Origin: a bacterium
GTDB lineage: Bacteria; Patescibacteriota; Minisyncoccia; Phycocordibacterales; UBA918
NCBI GenBank assembly: GCA_043719295.1
Contig: JAYSUD010000007.1
Location: 891-64,890 of the forward strand
Direction of reading: 5' to 3'
DNA length: 64,000 bases
Under the pieces are notes generated by a model, which saw nothing but the letters and a program-made list of their open reading frames with translations, had not been told where the DNA came from and ran no database searches. Made by a program: the position numbers and the translations under genes. Of this stretch, positions 48,403-57,421 are shown piece by piece; position 1 is the first letter of the stretch; each line of letters starts with the position of its first letter.

Positions 48403-49137
48403 CTAGAAGTCTATCTCCCTTTCTTTAAACGATACTGGAGCTAGGTACATGAGCCATTTTTCGTATAACGCTGTAGTTGCGGTTACATCCCTTGCATTAT
48501 AACGAGCAATGTCGTGGAACTTTTTTTCTTTGAACAATAAAGCGACATCGTCTCCTGAAATCCCTTCACTTTTAGGACTTAGAATCCCGTATGCTCTACA
48601 AAATAAGTGAAGCGAGGGTTTTTTAAACATTGCTCCGTAAAATGTTAGTTGGTCTTGCAAGTCAACGTGATGCACTCCTTTCTGTTGATACAAATACCTC
48701 CCTTCTATCAAATCACAGGTTGGCATCACGCCCTGTACAACACTGCGGTGTAATAAAAATGGTACATCAAATGATCTCCCATTAAACGTCACGAACGTAT
48801 CGTAACTTTTTGCACCTTCCCAAAAATCCTCAAGCATCTCCTTTTCTGTTCGTTGTTTAAGCACATATCCACCAACTTCTTCATCAGACTCTCTACCTTC
48901 ACCTGTGTAATATACCGCACCTTGTTTTCGCTCAAGGTCATACACACCAATAGCAACAATCTTTCCAGTAAGGGGTGAGAACCCTAACCCTTCTTTTAAG
49001 TCTGTAAGCTGTGATTCTTCTTCAGTTTTGGTTTTTGTTGTTTTATGTATCCATCGTGAAAGCACCTCTTGTGTATTGGTATCCATAGTTTCCCAAGACT
49101 CTCCGATTGTTTCAATATCAAAGATCAAAGTTGCCAT
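48403..49137 (-). CDS. DEDD-type 3'-5' exonuclease, RNase H-like fold (PolB-exonuclease-related, COG3359-like)
   Basis: LIFDIETIG (Exo I DxE), later …YNARDV (Exo III-like); 244 aa. Confidence 0.55.
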   Translation of the reverse strand: MATLIFDIETIGESWETMDTNTQEVLSRWIHKTTKTKTEEESQLTDLKEGLGFSPLTGKIVAIGVYDLERKQGAVYYTGEGRESDEEVGGYVLKQRTEKEMLEDFWEGAKSYDTFVTFNGRSFDVPFLLHRSVVQGVMPTCDLIEGRYLYQQKGVHHVDLQDQLTFYGAMFKKPSLHLFCRAYGILSPKSEGISGDDVALLFKEKKFHDIARYNARDVTATTALYEKWLMYLAPVSFKEREIDF

Positions 49138-49140
49138 ATT

Positions 49141-49980
49141 TTATAAATTAAATGATTGTGGAATTCCTACAAAACAACCAAGTACATAGTTTCTATCTTT
49201 TCCAATTGTGTACCGATATCCTTCAGGATGTACGTAGCCACCACATGCGTCAACAGCGCCTTCGAACAAGCCATATACCGGAAAGCCATCACGTGCATAT
49301 CCGATAAGTACATTAGAATTTGTATTTTTATAAAAGGAAGCATCACTGTTTGATAATAAAGCACCCAATGAGGTAACCCCTATGATGGTACTTGGTACAC
49401 ATGTGGGATTACTTTGTACACGAGGGTACATTTCTATTTGTAACAACGTAGTGACAACCTGTTCCTTCTTTACTTGTACTGAACTTGATACTGTTGATGT
49501 TGCGAAAAGTATGGGTGCTTCTTTTTCTTCAGTATGTACAATAAGTCGCATGCCAGCTTTTATTTCAATACGCACATCTGAACGAGGCCATTGTGACATC
49601 ACTTCAAATGAATCATCAGAAGAACCACAAGAAACTATCCCCGCATTCCCTTCTACTGAAGTCGCAACATCTTGATCTCCATTGGTTTCTGTCGACGTTG
49701 CGACTACCGCTGTCTCTACGCTCGGGTTAACTTGTATTACTTCAGTGTTTTGTGCAAGAGCCTTTTTAAGACGCTCTATTGTTGAAGCCCGCTTATCTGT
49801 ATCTGTTTTTAATTGCGCTATTGCAGTAAAAGAAGTACTCGCGTTTGTATCGACCAAAAATGCAACAGGAGTACCTGCAAACAATGGTGCATAGACTGCT
49901 TTGAGGTGTGTAAGCGTAATCCCAAAAACCAAAAACAATACTACCCCAACAAATATAACCAAATCTCTACTTCGAATCAT
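49141..49980 (-). CDS. Membrane-anchored protein with C-terminal YHYH-like motif region
   Basis: N-terminal TM; C-terminus …DACGGYVHPEGYRYTIG resembles D.CGGH..P.G.YHYH of YHYH-family proteins; tentative. Confidence 0.4.
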   Translation of the reverse strand: MIRSRDLVIFVGVVLFLVFGITLTHLKAVYAPLFAGTPVAFLVDTNASTSFTAIAQLKTDTDKRASTIERLKKALAQNTEVIQVNPSVETAVVATSTETNGDQDVATSVEGNAGIVSCGSSDDSFEVMSQWPRSDVRIEIKAGMRLIVHTEEKEAPILFATSTVSSSVQVKKEQVVTTLLQIEMYPRVQSNPTCVPSTIIGVTSLGALLSNSDASFYKNTNSNVLIGYARDGFPVYGLFEGAVDACGGYVHPEGYRYTIGKDRNYVLGCFVGIPQSFNL

Positions 49981-50036
49981 TCACCCATAGTAGCAAAAAA
50001 GAAGCTTCAGAGCTTCTTTTTTTCTTGGTATAACTT

Positions 50037-50181
50037 AGTACTTACGCAAACGGCACATTTCGCCTCACTATCTCTTACAGAGACTGTCCACTCATTGGCT
50101 TTTATTCCACTTCGTTTCATAAAACCTCAATGAGTCTTGCGAAGTGATGTAAATCACTTCTCACTCGTTTGCGTAAGTACT
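50037..50181 (-). repeat. Intergenic repeat element copy R9 (inverted orientation) bounded by perfect 16-bp terminal inverted repeats AGTACTTACGCAAACG … CGTTTGCGTAAGTACT
   Basis: Reverse complement aligns with R1 middle/3' modules (GAGTGAGAAGTGATTTACATCACTTCGCAAGACTCATTGAG…CGAAGTGGAATAAAAGCCAATGAGTGGACAG…GGCGAAATGTGCCGTTTGCGTAAG). Confidence 0.6.
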
Positions 50182-50185
50182 ATGA

Positions 50186-51454
50186 CTATGCAATTTTAAT
50201 CTTAACGAGTTGCTCCACGCGCCGTATATCAGCAAGTAATTTTGAACGATCTGCATTATATAAATAAAGCAAAAATACTGCTCTCCCCCCTTTCCGTGCA
50301 AAAGTTGCTCTGTCACCAATTTTTTTATTGACTTTTATTTCGTAAAAAGATTCTAACTGCTCAATTTTCTTAATTCCTTTCATCTCAGTAATAACTCCTT
50401 CTTTTGGCAGGAACCATTTCATGTACACACTATTTCCAGTACATTTCTTTGGAATAATTGGTTTTCTTGGGATTCGTATGAGAATATCGTTTAAATAATG
50501 TTCGATACCGCAACTGAGGTTATAGATAGTATCTCGCGCACCTCCCGTTCGTGGACCCACTTCAATTACTTTCCACTCAGTATCAATTTTCATAAGTTCC
50601 GTATGGGCAGTGGTACTTCGTAATGCCAGTGCATGAATTGCAGTTTCAGTGACAGACTGTGCTTTTTTAACCGTATCACCTTTCAAGATTGTTGGTGTCA
50701 TCTGCGTATATCCATAAAAATCATGATGTCCAATATCTTTTCCAGTTTTTACTCGTACTAACGGCAAGTGATACACGGTGCCACGTGAATTTACATAACT
50801 ATCAATTGAGTACATGTCTCCTTCCATATACTCTTCTGCAATCACTTTCGGCTCTTCCATTCGCTTATCCTTTTCATACGCTGTTTTAAGTTTTCTAAAA
50901 CAAGTTGAGACAGCTTGCTTGAGATCATCTTCGTGGTAACAGATGCTTACAAATAAACTACCTGACATACTCGCAGGTTTTACAATCATTGGAAATCCAA
51001 TTTTTGTGACTACTCTTAGACGCTCAGCAGCAGTTGCATCTTTCACTTTAGTGAATTTCGGAGTTATCTTCGGATCATACAACTTGAAACGTTTTCGCAT
51101 CTCATACTTATCGGTCGCCCAACGTAACGACTCACTTGTTGGAGTTCGAAGATACGGCACACAGGGTACAATTCTTGCAAATCGAGCAATATGCTCTTCA
51201 CTACGGCAAGATATCGCTAAAAGCTCATCCTCAAAAGGTAAGAGTGCTTCACTTATTTTTTCAGGTTTTGAAAAATCTACTTTGATTAAAATATCATGCT
51301 GAGGCACCTTATAGACAACAGGATATTTTATATCCTGAATGAGCATGATGCGAAATGGTGTCCCGTGTTTTTTACCATACGCGCGAATATCACCAACAGA
51401 ATTGGGTTTTAAACCACCAACAAAAGCAATGATATTTTTATGTTTTTTGCTCAT
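50186..51454 (-). CDS. ATP-grasp domain enzyme (L-amino-acid ligase/carboxylate-amine ligase-like, ~420 aa)
   Basis: pre-ATP-grasp + ATP-grasp pattern: …GFPMIVKPASMSGS…, …VIAEEYMEGDMYSIDSYV…, …ELMKIDTEWKVIEVGPRTGG…. Confidence 0.65.
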   Translation of the reverse strand: MSKKHKNIIAFVGGLKPNSVGDIRAYGKKHGTPFRIMLIQDIKYPVVYKVPQHDILIKVDFSKPEKISEALLPFEDELLAISCRSEEHIARFARIVPCVPYLRTPTSESLRWATDKYEMRKRFKLYDPKITPKFTKVKDATAAERLRVVTKIGFPMIVKPASMSGSLFVSICYHEDDLKQAVSTCFRKLKTAYEKDKRMEEPKVIAEEYMEGDMYSIDSYVNSRGTVYHLPLVRVKTGKDIGHHDFYGYTQMTPTILKGDTVKKAQSVTETAIHALALRSTTAHTELMKIDTEWKVIEVGPRTGGARDTIYNLSCGIEHYLNDILIRIPRKPIIPKKCTGNSVYMKWFLPKEGVITEMKGIKKIEQLESFYEIKVNKKIGDRATFARKGGRAVFLLYLYNADRSKLLADIRRVEQLVKIKIA

Positions 51455-51634
51455 ATCTAATTATAAAATAAGGTGCACTTCGGTCTGTATACCAGAAATA
51501 CTGAGGAATGTAGAATTTGTGCACTGAAAGCATACTACATAACCTAAAATTTGCACTAGCTCAATATAGACCATTCAAGCAAAGATATCTAACGCTACTG
51601 AGTTTTTTATAGAAAAGTGTGTTATAAAGCTCCC

Positions 51635-52588
51635 ATGTCTGATGCACACAAACTAAGTATTGAAGTCTTAAAAGAAATTGCAGAGTCGCTTTCATATACG
51701 ACAAAATATCTTCAAAGCAAAGGAACTGCAGAGCGTCTTTTGATCTCTAACGGTAAAAAGATGTATATTGCAAACAGTACACATTTTGGATTTTACCCAG
51801 AAGTTCAAAGGTGGCAGCAACATCTTTTTGACAGCAAAATCTTAACCCAAGAGCTTTTAACCATGCTCGGGTATACAACTATAGTATCTTTCACTGCATA
51901 CTTTAAAGAGTACAACTCCTTGCGTGAACTTAATAGTGCGGTTGTAAACCATATTGAAAAATATCCTGTTATTGTAAAACCTGAACAAGGTGCACGAGGA
52001 AACAACATTACCATTGCAGTAAACAAAACCGCTGTCTTAGAGCAAGTTAAAGCACTCTACGCAATGAAGAAAAGCCTCCTCATACAACCAATTCATGCAT
52101 ATGATGAGTATCGTATTTTAGTTATTAATGGAAACATCGAAGTCATCCACATGAAACAATTAAACCATGTGGTTGGCGATGGAGTACAAACCATTCAAAA
52201 GCTTCTTCATAAAAAACAAAAAGGTGAAAAGGATGACACCTTTATAAAACTTGAATTAAAAAAAAGAGGGCTAAGCCTCCAGTCAATTCTTTCTAAGGAT
52301 GACACATTTTTAAGTCACCTCACTCGCTTCAGTTCTCCAAATGAATACTATCAGTCAAAAAAATTCCCTAAAGATGTGGTCACTTGGGCAAAAAAACTTT
52401 CGCTCGACATATCAGTCCCTACTATAGGAATCGACATCTTTGCCCCGTATGGACTAAGCGATACAAATTCATACATAATCATTGAACTTAATGCCAATCC
52501 CGCTTTTGAATATATCAACAAGCGGTATAATGACAGTCTTAAAGTAAAAGAAATTGCGACAAAATTCCTCACCCATTATTTTAAATAA
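51635..52588 (+). CDS. ATP-grasp ligase, RimK/glutathione-synthetase-like
   Basis: YPVIVKPEQGARGNNITIA, YDEYRILVINGNIEVIH, …ELNANPAF… (RimK-like blocks). Confidence 0.6.
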   Translation: MSDAHKLSIEVLKEIAESLSYTTKYLQSKGTAERLLISNGKKMYIANSTHFGFYPEVQRWQQHLFDSKILTQELLTMLGYTTIVSFTAYFKEYNSLRELNSAVVNHIEKYPVIVKPEQGARGNNITIAVNKTAVLEQVKALYAMKKSLLIQPIHAYDEYRILVINGNIEVIHMKQLNHVVGDGVQTIQKLLHKKQKGEKDDTFIKLELKKRGLSLQSILSKDDTFLSHLTRFSSPNEYYQSKKFPKDVVTWAKKLSLDISVPTIGIDIFAPYGLSDTNSYIIIELNANPAFEYINKRYNDSLKVKEIATKFLTHYFK

Positions 52589-52594
52589 CTAGCT

Positions 52595-53461
52595 ATGAAA
52601 AAAATTATTTTACTTAACGGTGGCAGTAGAACGCGTCGGGCATTCAACGAAGGAGTTGGTGATGCAAAGTTTATACCGCTTCGAACCAAAGGAATGATAG
52701 TGCACATTAACAAAGATCAGGGCGTTGCCTTTATATACAAAAATGACAAAGTAGATTTTACAGATTCATTTGTGTTTACTCGGCTTCGTGCAAATGATGC
52801 TCATTTTTGCGGAATTTTATATGAACACCTAAAGGCACTTGGCGTTCCCGCATTAGATCCTATCAATCTTTCATTTAAATTGTCAGAAGAAAAGATATCG
52901 CAGATGCCACGCCTTGCACGTGCGCACATACAAATTCCAGCAACAATAATTGCACAAGAGGAGTCATACGAATCTAACAAAGAGTACATACAAAAGCACA
53001 TAACCTTTCCTTTGGTATACAAAACAGATGGTAGCCAAGGTAATGCGGTATTTAAAATTAACTCTGAGATAGAGCTTGAAGCAAAAATAAAAATTAAAAA
53101 GAAAAATGAGCTTTTTATACTTCAAGAACTAATACCAAACACATTTGATACACGCACTATTGTTGCATTTGGTACGGTACTTGGTTCTATAAAACGAAGT
53201 GCCCAAAACGGAAACTTTTTAAACAACGTCGCACAAGGTGGACTTGTTTCAGCTTACGAACTAACTGATACTGAGAAAGAAGTGGCACTTTTGGCATCAA
53301 AAATAAATGGTATTGATTTTGGAGGCGTTGATATCATCCATACAGAACGCGGCCCTATTGTACTTGAAGTAAATAAGGCACCTCAAATCACAGGCTTTGA
53401 AAAAATTCATGGAGAGAACTTTGTTTTTAGGACAATCGCTCAAATGCTAGAAAAGATGTAA
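52595..53461 (+). CDS. ATP-grasp ligase, RimK-like (second tandem copy)
   Basis: FPLVYKTDGSQGNAVFKI, …TRTIVAFGTVLGSIKRS…, GGVDIIHTERGPIVLEVNKAPQ; 7 nt after previous gene. Confidence 0.65.
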   Translation: MKKIILLNGGSRTRRAFNEGVGDAKFIPLRTKGMIVHINKDQGVAFIYKNDKVDFTDSFVFTRLRANDAHFCGILYEHLKALGVPALDPINLSFKLSEEKISQMPRLARAHIQIPATIIAQEESYESNKEYIQKHITFPLVYKTDGSQGNAVFKINSEIELEAKIKIKKKNELFILQELIPNTFDTRTIVAFGTVLGSIKRSAQNGNFLNNVAQGGLVSAYELTDTEKEVALLASKINGIDFGGVDIIHTERGPIVLEVNKAPQITGFEKIHGENFVFRTIAQMLEKM

Positions 53462-53506
53462 CGAAAAAACCGCCACAGGCAGTTTTTTCGTTATTATAAA
53501 TTAACT

Positions 53507-54190
53507 TTATAGTCCAGGGATTCCAAACTCAACATTGCTTGCAGGTGCTTCTGTCCCCACCTCTACTTCACCAACTCCTAGTGCCGATTCAATTTTTTCA
53601 ATAAACTCTGGTACAGTTTTGAACTCTAGACGTTCACCATTTAAAAAGAAAGTTGGTGTCCCAGTAAGTCCTTTTTCTCGGGCCTCATTAAATTGTGAAC
53701 TCACATGATCGGAAATGAGAGATGCCCGCATATGCTGTTTAAAGAGATCAATATCAAGACCAATTTCTTCTGCATACTTCACAAAGAAAGCTTGTGGATT
53801 GGGAGATTTTGACCATGTTGCTTGATTTTCAAACAACTTGTCATGCATTTCCCAAAACTTATCTTGCTGTCCTGCTGCTTCAGTTGCTTTTGCTGCAGGG
53901 ATTGCGAATTTGTGGATACTTGAGAGTGGGAATTGTTTAAACTCAAATGCCATTTGATCTTTATACTTTTCGTAGACTTCAGAAACAATTGGGTAAAACT
54001 CACCACATGCTGGACATTCAAAATCCGCATATTCAGTTAAGACAACCTTAGAATCTACATTACCTCGAATGTGATTCTCAATCACCACCCCTTCATTTGC
54101 TTTTTCGCCTGCGTAACTTGCATACCAATACGATACACCTATAAGCAACAAAGCTACTCCAATAATTATTTTCCACATGTGATTTTTCAT
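53507..54190 (-). CDS. DsbA-family thiol:disulfide oxidoreductase (BdbD-like), membrane-anchored
   Basis: TEYADFECPACGEFYP (CPxC in thioredoxin fold), GTPTFFLNG cis-Pro loop region. Confidence 0.8.
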   Translation of the reverse strand: MKNHMWKIIIGVALLLIGVSYWYASYAGEKANEGVVIENHIRGNVDSKVVLTEYADFECPACGEFYPIVSEVYEKYKDQMAFEFKQFPLSSIHKFAIPAAKATEAAGQQDKFWEMHDKLFENQATWSKSPNPQAFFVKYAEEIGLDIDLFKQHMRASLISDHVSSQFNEAREKGLTGTPTFFLNGERLEFKTVPEFIEKIESALGVGEVEVGTEAPASNVEFGIPGL

Positions 54191-54269
54191 ATGACTATTC
54201 TACCTTCTTTTTTAACCGATTAACAACTTGACGTTGCACCTTAGTGATAGTGCGAGAATTTGAGACTTT

Positions 54270-54383
54270 CAGAAATGAGTACAATTCGAGGCGGGCTAAA
54301 GAAATTTTGCGAGCCCTACTTGCTGTAGGGTGAGAAAAAAATCTTGTAGCCCAACAAAGAAGTTGTGCCATTTATGGAAGTCG
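54270..54383 (+). repeat. Intergenic repeat element copy R7 (5' module + small hairpin + 3' module)
   Basis: CAGAAATGAGTACAATTCGAGGCGGGCTAAAGAAATTTTGCGAG CCCTAC ttgctg TAGGGT GAGAAAAAAATCTTGTAGCCCAACAAAGAAGTTGTGCCATTTATGGAAG. Confidence 0.55.
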
Positions 54384-54386
54384 AAG

Positions 54387-54914
54387 CTATTGGACTATAA
54401 GTTTCCCAACCATCCCACTAGTACGATGACTACCGACTGAACAATAGTATTCATAGGTTCCTTTTTTATCTGCTACAAACGTTGCGGAAGTCTTCACTCC
54501 TGGCTGTACACGCTTTGTAGCAACGGCAAATTCATCGATAACAACGTCATGGAACCCATCAGTACTTTCAAAATTGATAGTTACTGTATCGCCTTCTTTG
54601 ACTACAATTTCTTCAACATCATATCCAAAGTTGACCCCCTTTACCGTGAACACTTGTGCAGTAGGGTCAAGAGTGACTGATGGTTGTTTTACTGCATCTT
54701 TTGGTACCACAATAGATTGCTCAGTGTTTTGATCTTCATTTTGCATCGCTTCAACATCTGAATTTTGCATCACCGTACCATCTGGCATCAGATGAGAATC
54801 TGAAGGTACAACTATAGGAGTCTCTGTTTGAGTCTTCGAATAATATTGCGCAAATGCGAAGTATCCTCCCCCTCCTATCAAAAGCAACGCCAGAATGATA
54901 TATAGGTATTTCAT
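54387..54914 (-). CDS. Cupredoxin (plastocyanin/azurin-like type-1 blue copper protein), secreted/anchored
   Basis: …FHDV… (His) and C-terminal YEYYCSVGSHRTSGMVGKLIV (Cys-x4-His-x4-Met ligand set); N-terminal signal/anchor. Confidence 0.7.
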   Translation of the reverse strand: MKYLYIILALLLIGGGGYFAFAQYYSKTQTETPIVVPSDSHLMPDGTVMQNSDVEAMQNEDQNTEQSIVVPKDAVKQPSVTLDPTAQVFTVKGVNFGYDVEEIVVKEGDTVTINFESTDGFHDVVIDEFAVATKRVQPGVKTSATFVADKKGTYEYYCSVGSHRTSGMVGKLIVQ

Positions 54915-54995
54915 ACTATGTAATCGATTAAATAATACCTACTATACCATAATCTAATAAACCTAAATTAATGTGATTTTGACCATAGTCCTTTC

Positions 54996-55130
54996 ACAAA
55001 CGAGTGAGAAGTGACTAGATGTCACTTCGCAAGAGGTTGCCTACTCTTTTGGAAAAAGAGTGACAACCTGTACAGTTCCAGTAGGGAACAAGAGAGTCTA
55101 CAACGAAGAAGTTGTGCCGTTTGTGGAAGG
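54996..55130 (+). repeat. Intergenic repeat element copy R8 (middle hairpin module + 3' module), near-identical architecture to R6
   Basis: CGAGTGAGAAGTGACTAGATGTCACTTCGCAAGAGGTTGCCTACTCTTTTGGAAAAAGAGTGACAACCTG…CAACGAAGAAGTTGTGCCGTTTGTGGAAGG. Confidence 0.55.
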
Positions 55131-55131
55131 G

Positions 55132-56604
55132 CTATACAATATCGCCAATCTCTTTAGCTATAACAGTCTCAGCCTCATCAATATTTTTACGAAGCCGTTT
55201 AAGAATCTTCGCCTCGGCTTGTGTAAGCTTTCTTTTTTTACTTGTTTTTTCAAGTGTTGCAATATCTTCCAATAAATCAGTACGTAAAAGTTCAAACGCT
55301 TTATGTGTCATAGCTTTCGCTTCAGCAACTTCTTTGGCAACATGTCGACGCAAGCCACCAAATGCTTTCCAAGTAGCGAAGAGTACCCCACAAAGAAGTA
55401 CCACAAGCGCCAAAAATGGTATGACAATTGAAAGTATCATAATAACAAAGTCACCTTTTTGTTTAATACCCCCATTTAAAGTTTCATCATTTTCTTCAAG
55501 TATCACCGACTTATCTATAACAGTAAATGATATTTTTGATTCTGTTGTATTACCTGCACCATCAAAAGCTGTAACAGTAAGGACATGAACTCCTTCTTCA
55601 ATCGCTGTAATTTTATATATATGACTTCCATCATCCACAAACGATACTGGTGTTTCTTCGTTTATTTGCACTGTATACGAAGCAATCTTTGAAAGTTCAT
55701 CTTCAGCTTCAAAGAGAAACGAAAGTGGCGCAACTTCCGTTACTGTAAAAGGTTGTGGTGCTACTGTGTCAACTTGTATTTTATAATGTATTACTTCACT
55801 CCATCCTTGTTGACCTAAAGACTGCACATGAAGGTACGAAGTTCCTTCAGGTAGGTCTTGTATTACTTTAGTTTCTATCGGAGGTTCATACAGTACCGCG
55901 GGTTTTGAACTAGGGTTATCATCAAGGAGCAATCGTAATGCTTTAGTATCACGAACAAACGTAAAGGTAAACATTCCTGTTGTAGTAGAAGACCACCCAT
56001 CTTGTGTATGCGTTGCTGATGTTATTGTCGGTGGAAGTGTTGCGGGACCAGAGGATAGAGATTCTTCTTGTTGCACGCTTTGTACAACAACTTCTGGAAG
56101 TAACGTAAATGAAGCAGTTCCTTTACTTGCAAGAATCTCTGTCCCTTCCCCATCATTTGCAAGTAACGAAGCTGAAGAAAATGAAAGTGAGGAAGCTCCT
56201 TGTGATTTTACCCTAAATGTCAGATTAAGAACCTTCCCTTGTGATCCCTTAAATCCTGGATTAAGAACAATGCCCTCAAAGTTCACTGTTCCTTTAGTAT
56301 TTGAAAATGAAGGTTCTTGAACCCACAAAGACATAATCGACTGGTTCTTTGAAATACTTATAACCTCGAGTTTGTCTTGAGGGTAGGACACAACACCAGA
56401 AACAGCGTTAATAGAAGATTCACCACTTCCTGTATACACACCAACAGTAAATGTTGAACCTTGAGCATAAGAACCTGTTGTTGGAGAAAATGTTAACGTT
56501 GCCGCTAGAGTAACTCCCACTTGAACGAAAAAAAGAAAAATTACAAATGTGAACGTACAGAAAAAGTTCGCCGATATATAAAATATGTTACAAGAAGAAC
56601 GCAC
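55132..56604 (-). CDS. Cohesin-like domain surface protein with Ig-like middle region, C-terminal TM anchor and cytoplasmic coiled-coil tail
   Basis: N-terminal LTFSPTTGSYAQGSTFTVGVYTGSG…INAVSGVVSYPQDKLEVISI… fits cohesin beta-sandwich pattern; TM FVIMILSIVIPFLALVVLLCGVLFATW. Confidence 0.5.
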   Translation of the reverse strand: MRSSCNIFYISANFFCTFTFVIFLFFVQVGVTLAATLTFSPTTGSYAQGSTFTVGVYTGSGESSINAVSGVVSYPQDKLEVISISKNQSIMSLWVQEPSFSNTKGTVNFEGIVLNPGFKGSQGKVLNLTFRVKSQGASSLSFSSASLLANDGEGTEILASKGTASFTLLPEVVVQSVQQEESLSSGPATLPPTITSATHTQDGWSSTTTGMFTFTFVRDTKALRLLLDDNPSSKPAVLYEPPIETKVIQDLPEGTSYLHVQSLGQQGWSEVIHYKIQVDTVAPQPFTVTEVAPLSFLFEAEDELSKIASYTVQINEETPVSFVDDGSHIYKITAIEEGVHVLTVTAFDGAGNTTESKISFTVIDKSVILEENDETLNGGIKQKGDFVIMILSIVIPFLALVVLLCGVLFATWKAFGGLRRHVAKEVAEAKAMTHKAFELLRTDLLEDIATLEKTSKKRKLTQAEAKILKRLRKNIDEAETVIAKEIGDIV

Positions 56605-57419
56605 AGTACAACTATAATACCAATTGTTTTTTCATTTTGATACCACAGTATATCTTTTTGTGGATAGAAAATGACCACACGTTCATTTTGATTCATGTCT
56701 ATTGCCTTAATAAAGATTTTTTTATTTTGGTTTATATTTTTAATTTTGTATGGACTTTCAGCTTTATGGTACCTGCCAAACAAACCCTCTTTAATTTCAA
56801 AGTGTGAGAGCCCAGAGTTTTTATCTAATGTTGAAAAAACCAAAAACGCATCTCCATCGAACACATCAACGTCGTACTCAACTGACGGTACAAAGAGTTC
56901 TGGCACTTCGTCATCTAGATACACTTTCTTCAGGATTGTTGACTCTCCTTCTTCAACTACCACATGCAAGTTTTGAGAAACGACCACCGCCTCTGAGCCC
57001 AACCCATCGTGCACAAGTACTTGAGAATTTGAAATAGAAATAGTACCTTGTCCTTTTTTTAAGACAGAAAAAGTGAGGTTAACAATCGAGGCGTCTTCTT
57101 GTGTAAATCCCCCTGGAGTAATCCCTGCAAACGATACACTTCCATTGTTGACTCCTTTTGTGTCACGAAGCCAGACTGTCACTACCGAATCCCCTGCATC
57201 ACTTGAAACAAACTCAAGAAGGTCAGGAGGGTATGCAACTTCCAGTTCTACTGCATTAAGTACCTGCTTTTGTGTATCAATACGCACAGAAACTGTCAAA
57301 ACATCCCCAACATGAACACTACTAAAGTCACTCTCAATCTTAAGAAGTGCCCCATACACAGGCATTGTTGCCGCATACCATCCAAACACCACCATACTCC
57401 ATACTAAAAATAATTTCAT
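56541..57419 (-). CDS. Cohesin-like domain surface protein with C-terminal TM anchor
   Basis: LLKIESDFSSVHVGDVLTVSVRIDTQKQVLNAVELEVAYPPDLLEFVSS… (cohesin pattern); TM near C-terminus; alternative start MKLFLVW (57419) avoids overlap with upstream gene. Confidence 0.5.
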   Translation of the reverse strand: MKLFLVWSMVVFGWYAATMPVYGALLKIESDFSSVHVGDVLTVSVRIDTQKQVLNAVELEVAYPPDLLEFVSSDAGDSVVTVWLRDTKGVNNGSVSFAGITPGGFTQEDASIVNLTFSVLKKGQGTISISNSQVLVHDGLGSEAVVVSQNLHVVVEEGESTILKKVYLDDEVPELFVPSVEYDVDVFDGDAFLVFSTLDKNSGLSHFEIKEGLFGRYHKAESPYKIKNINQNKKIFIKAIDMNQNERVVIFYPQKDILWYQNEKTIGIIVVLCVLLVTYFIYRRTFSVRSHL

Positions 57420-57421
57420 AT

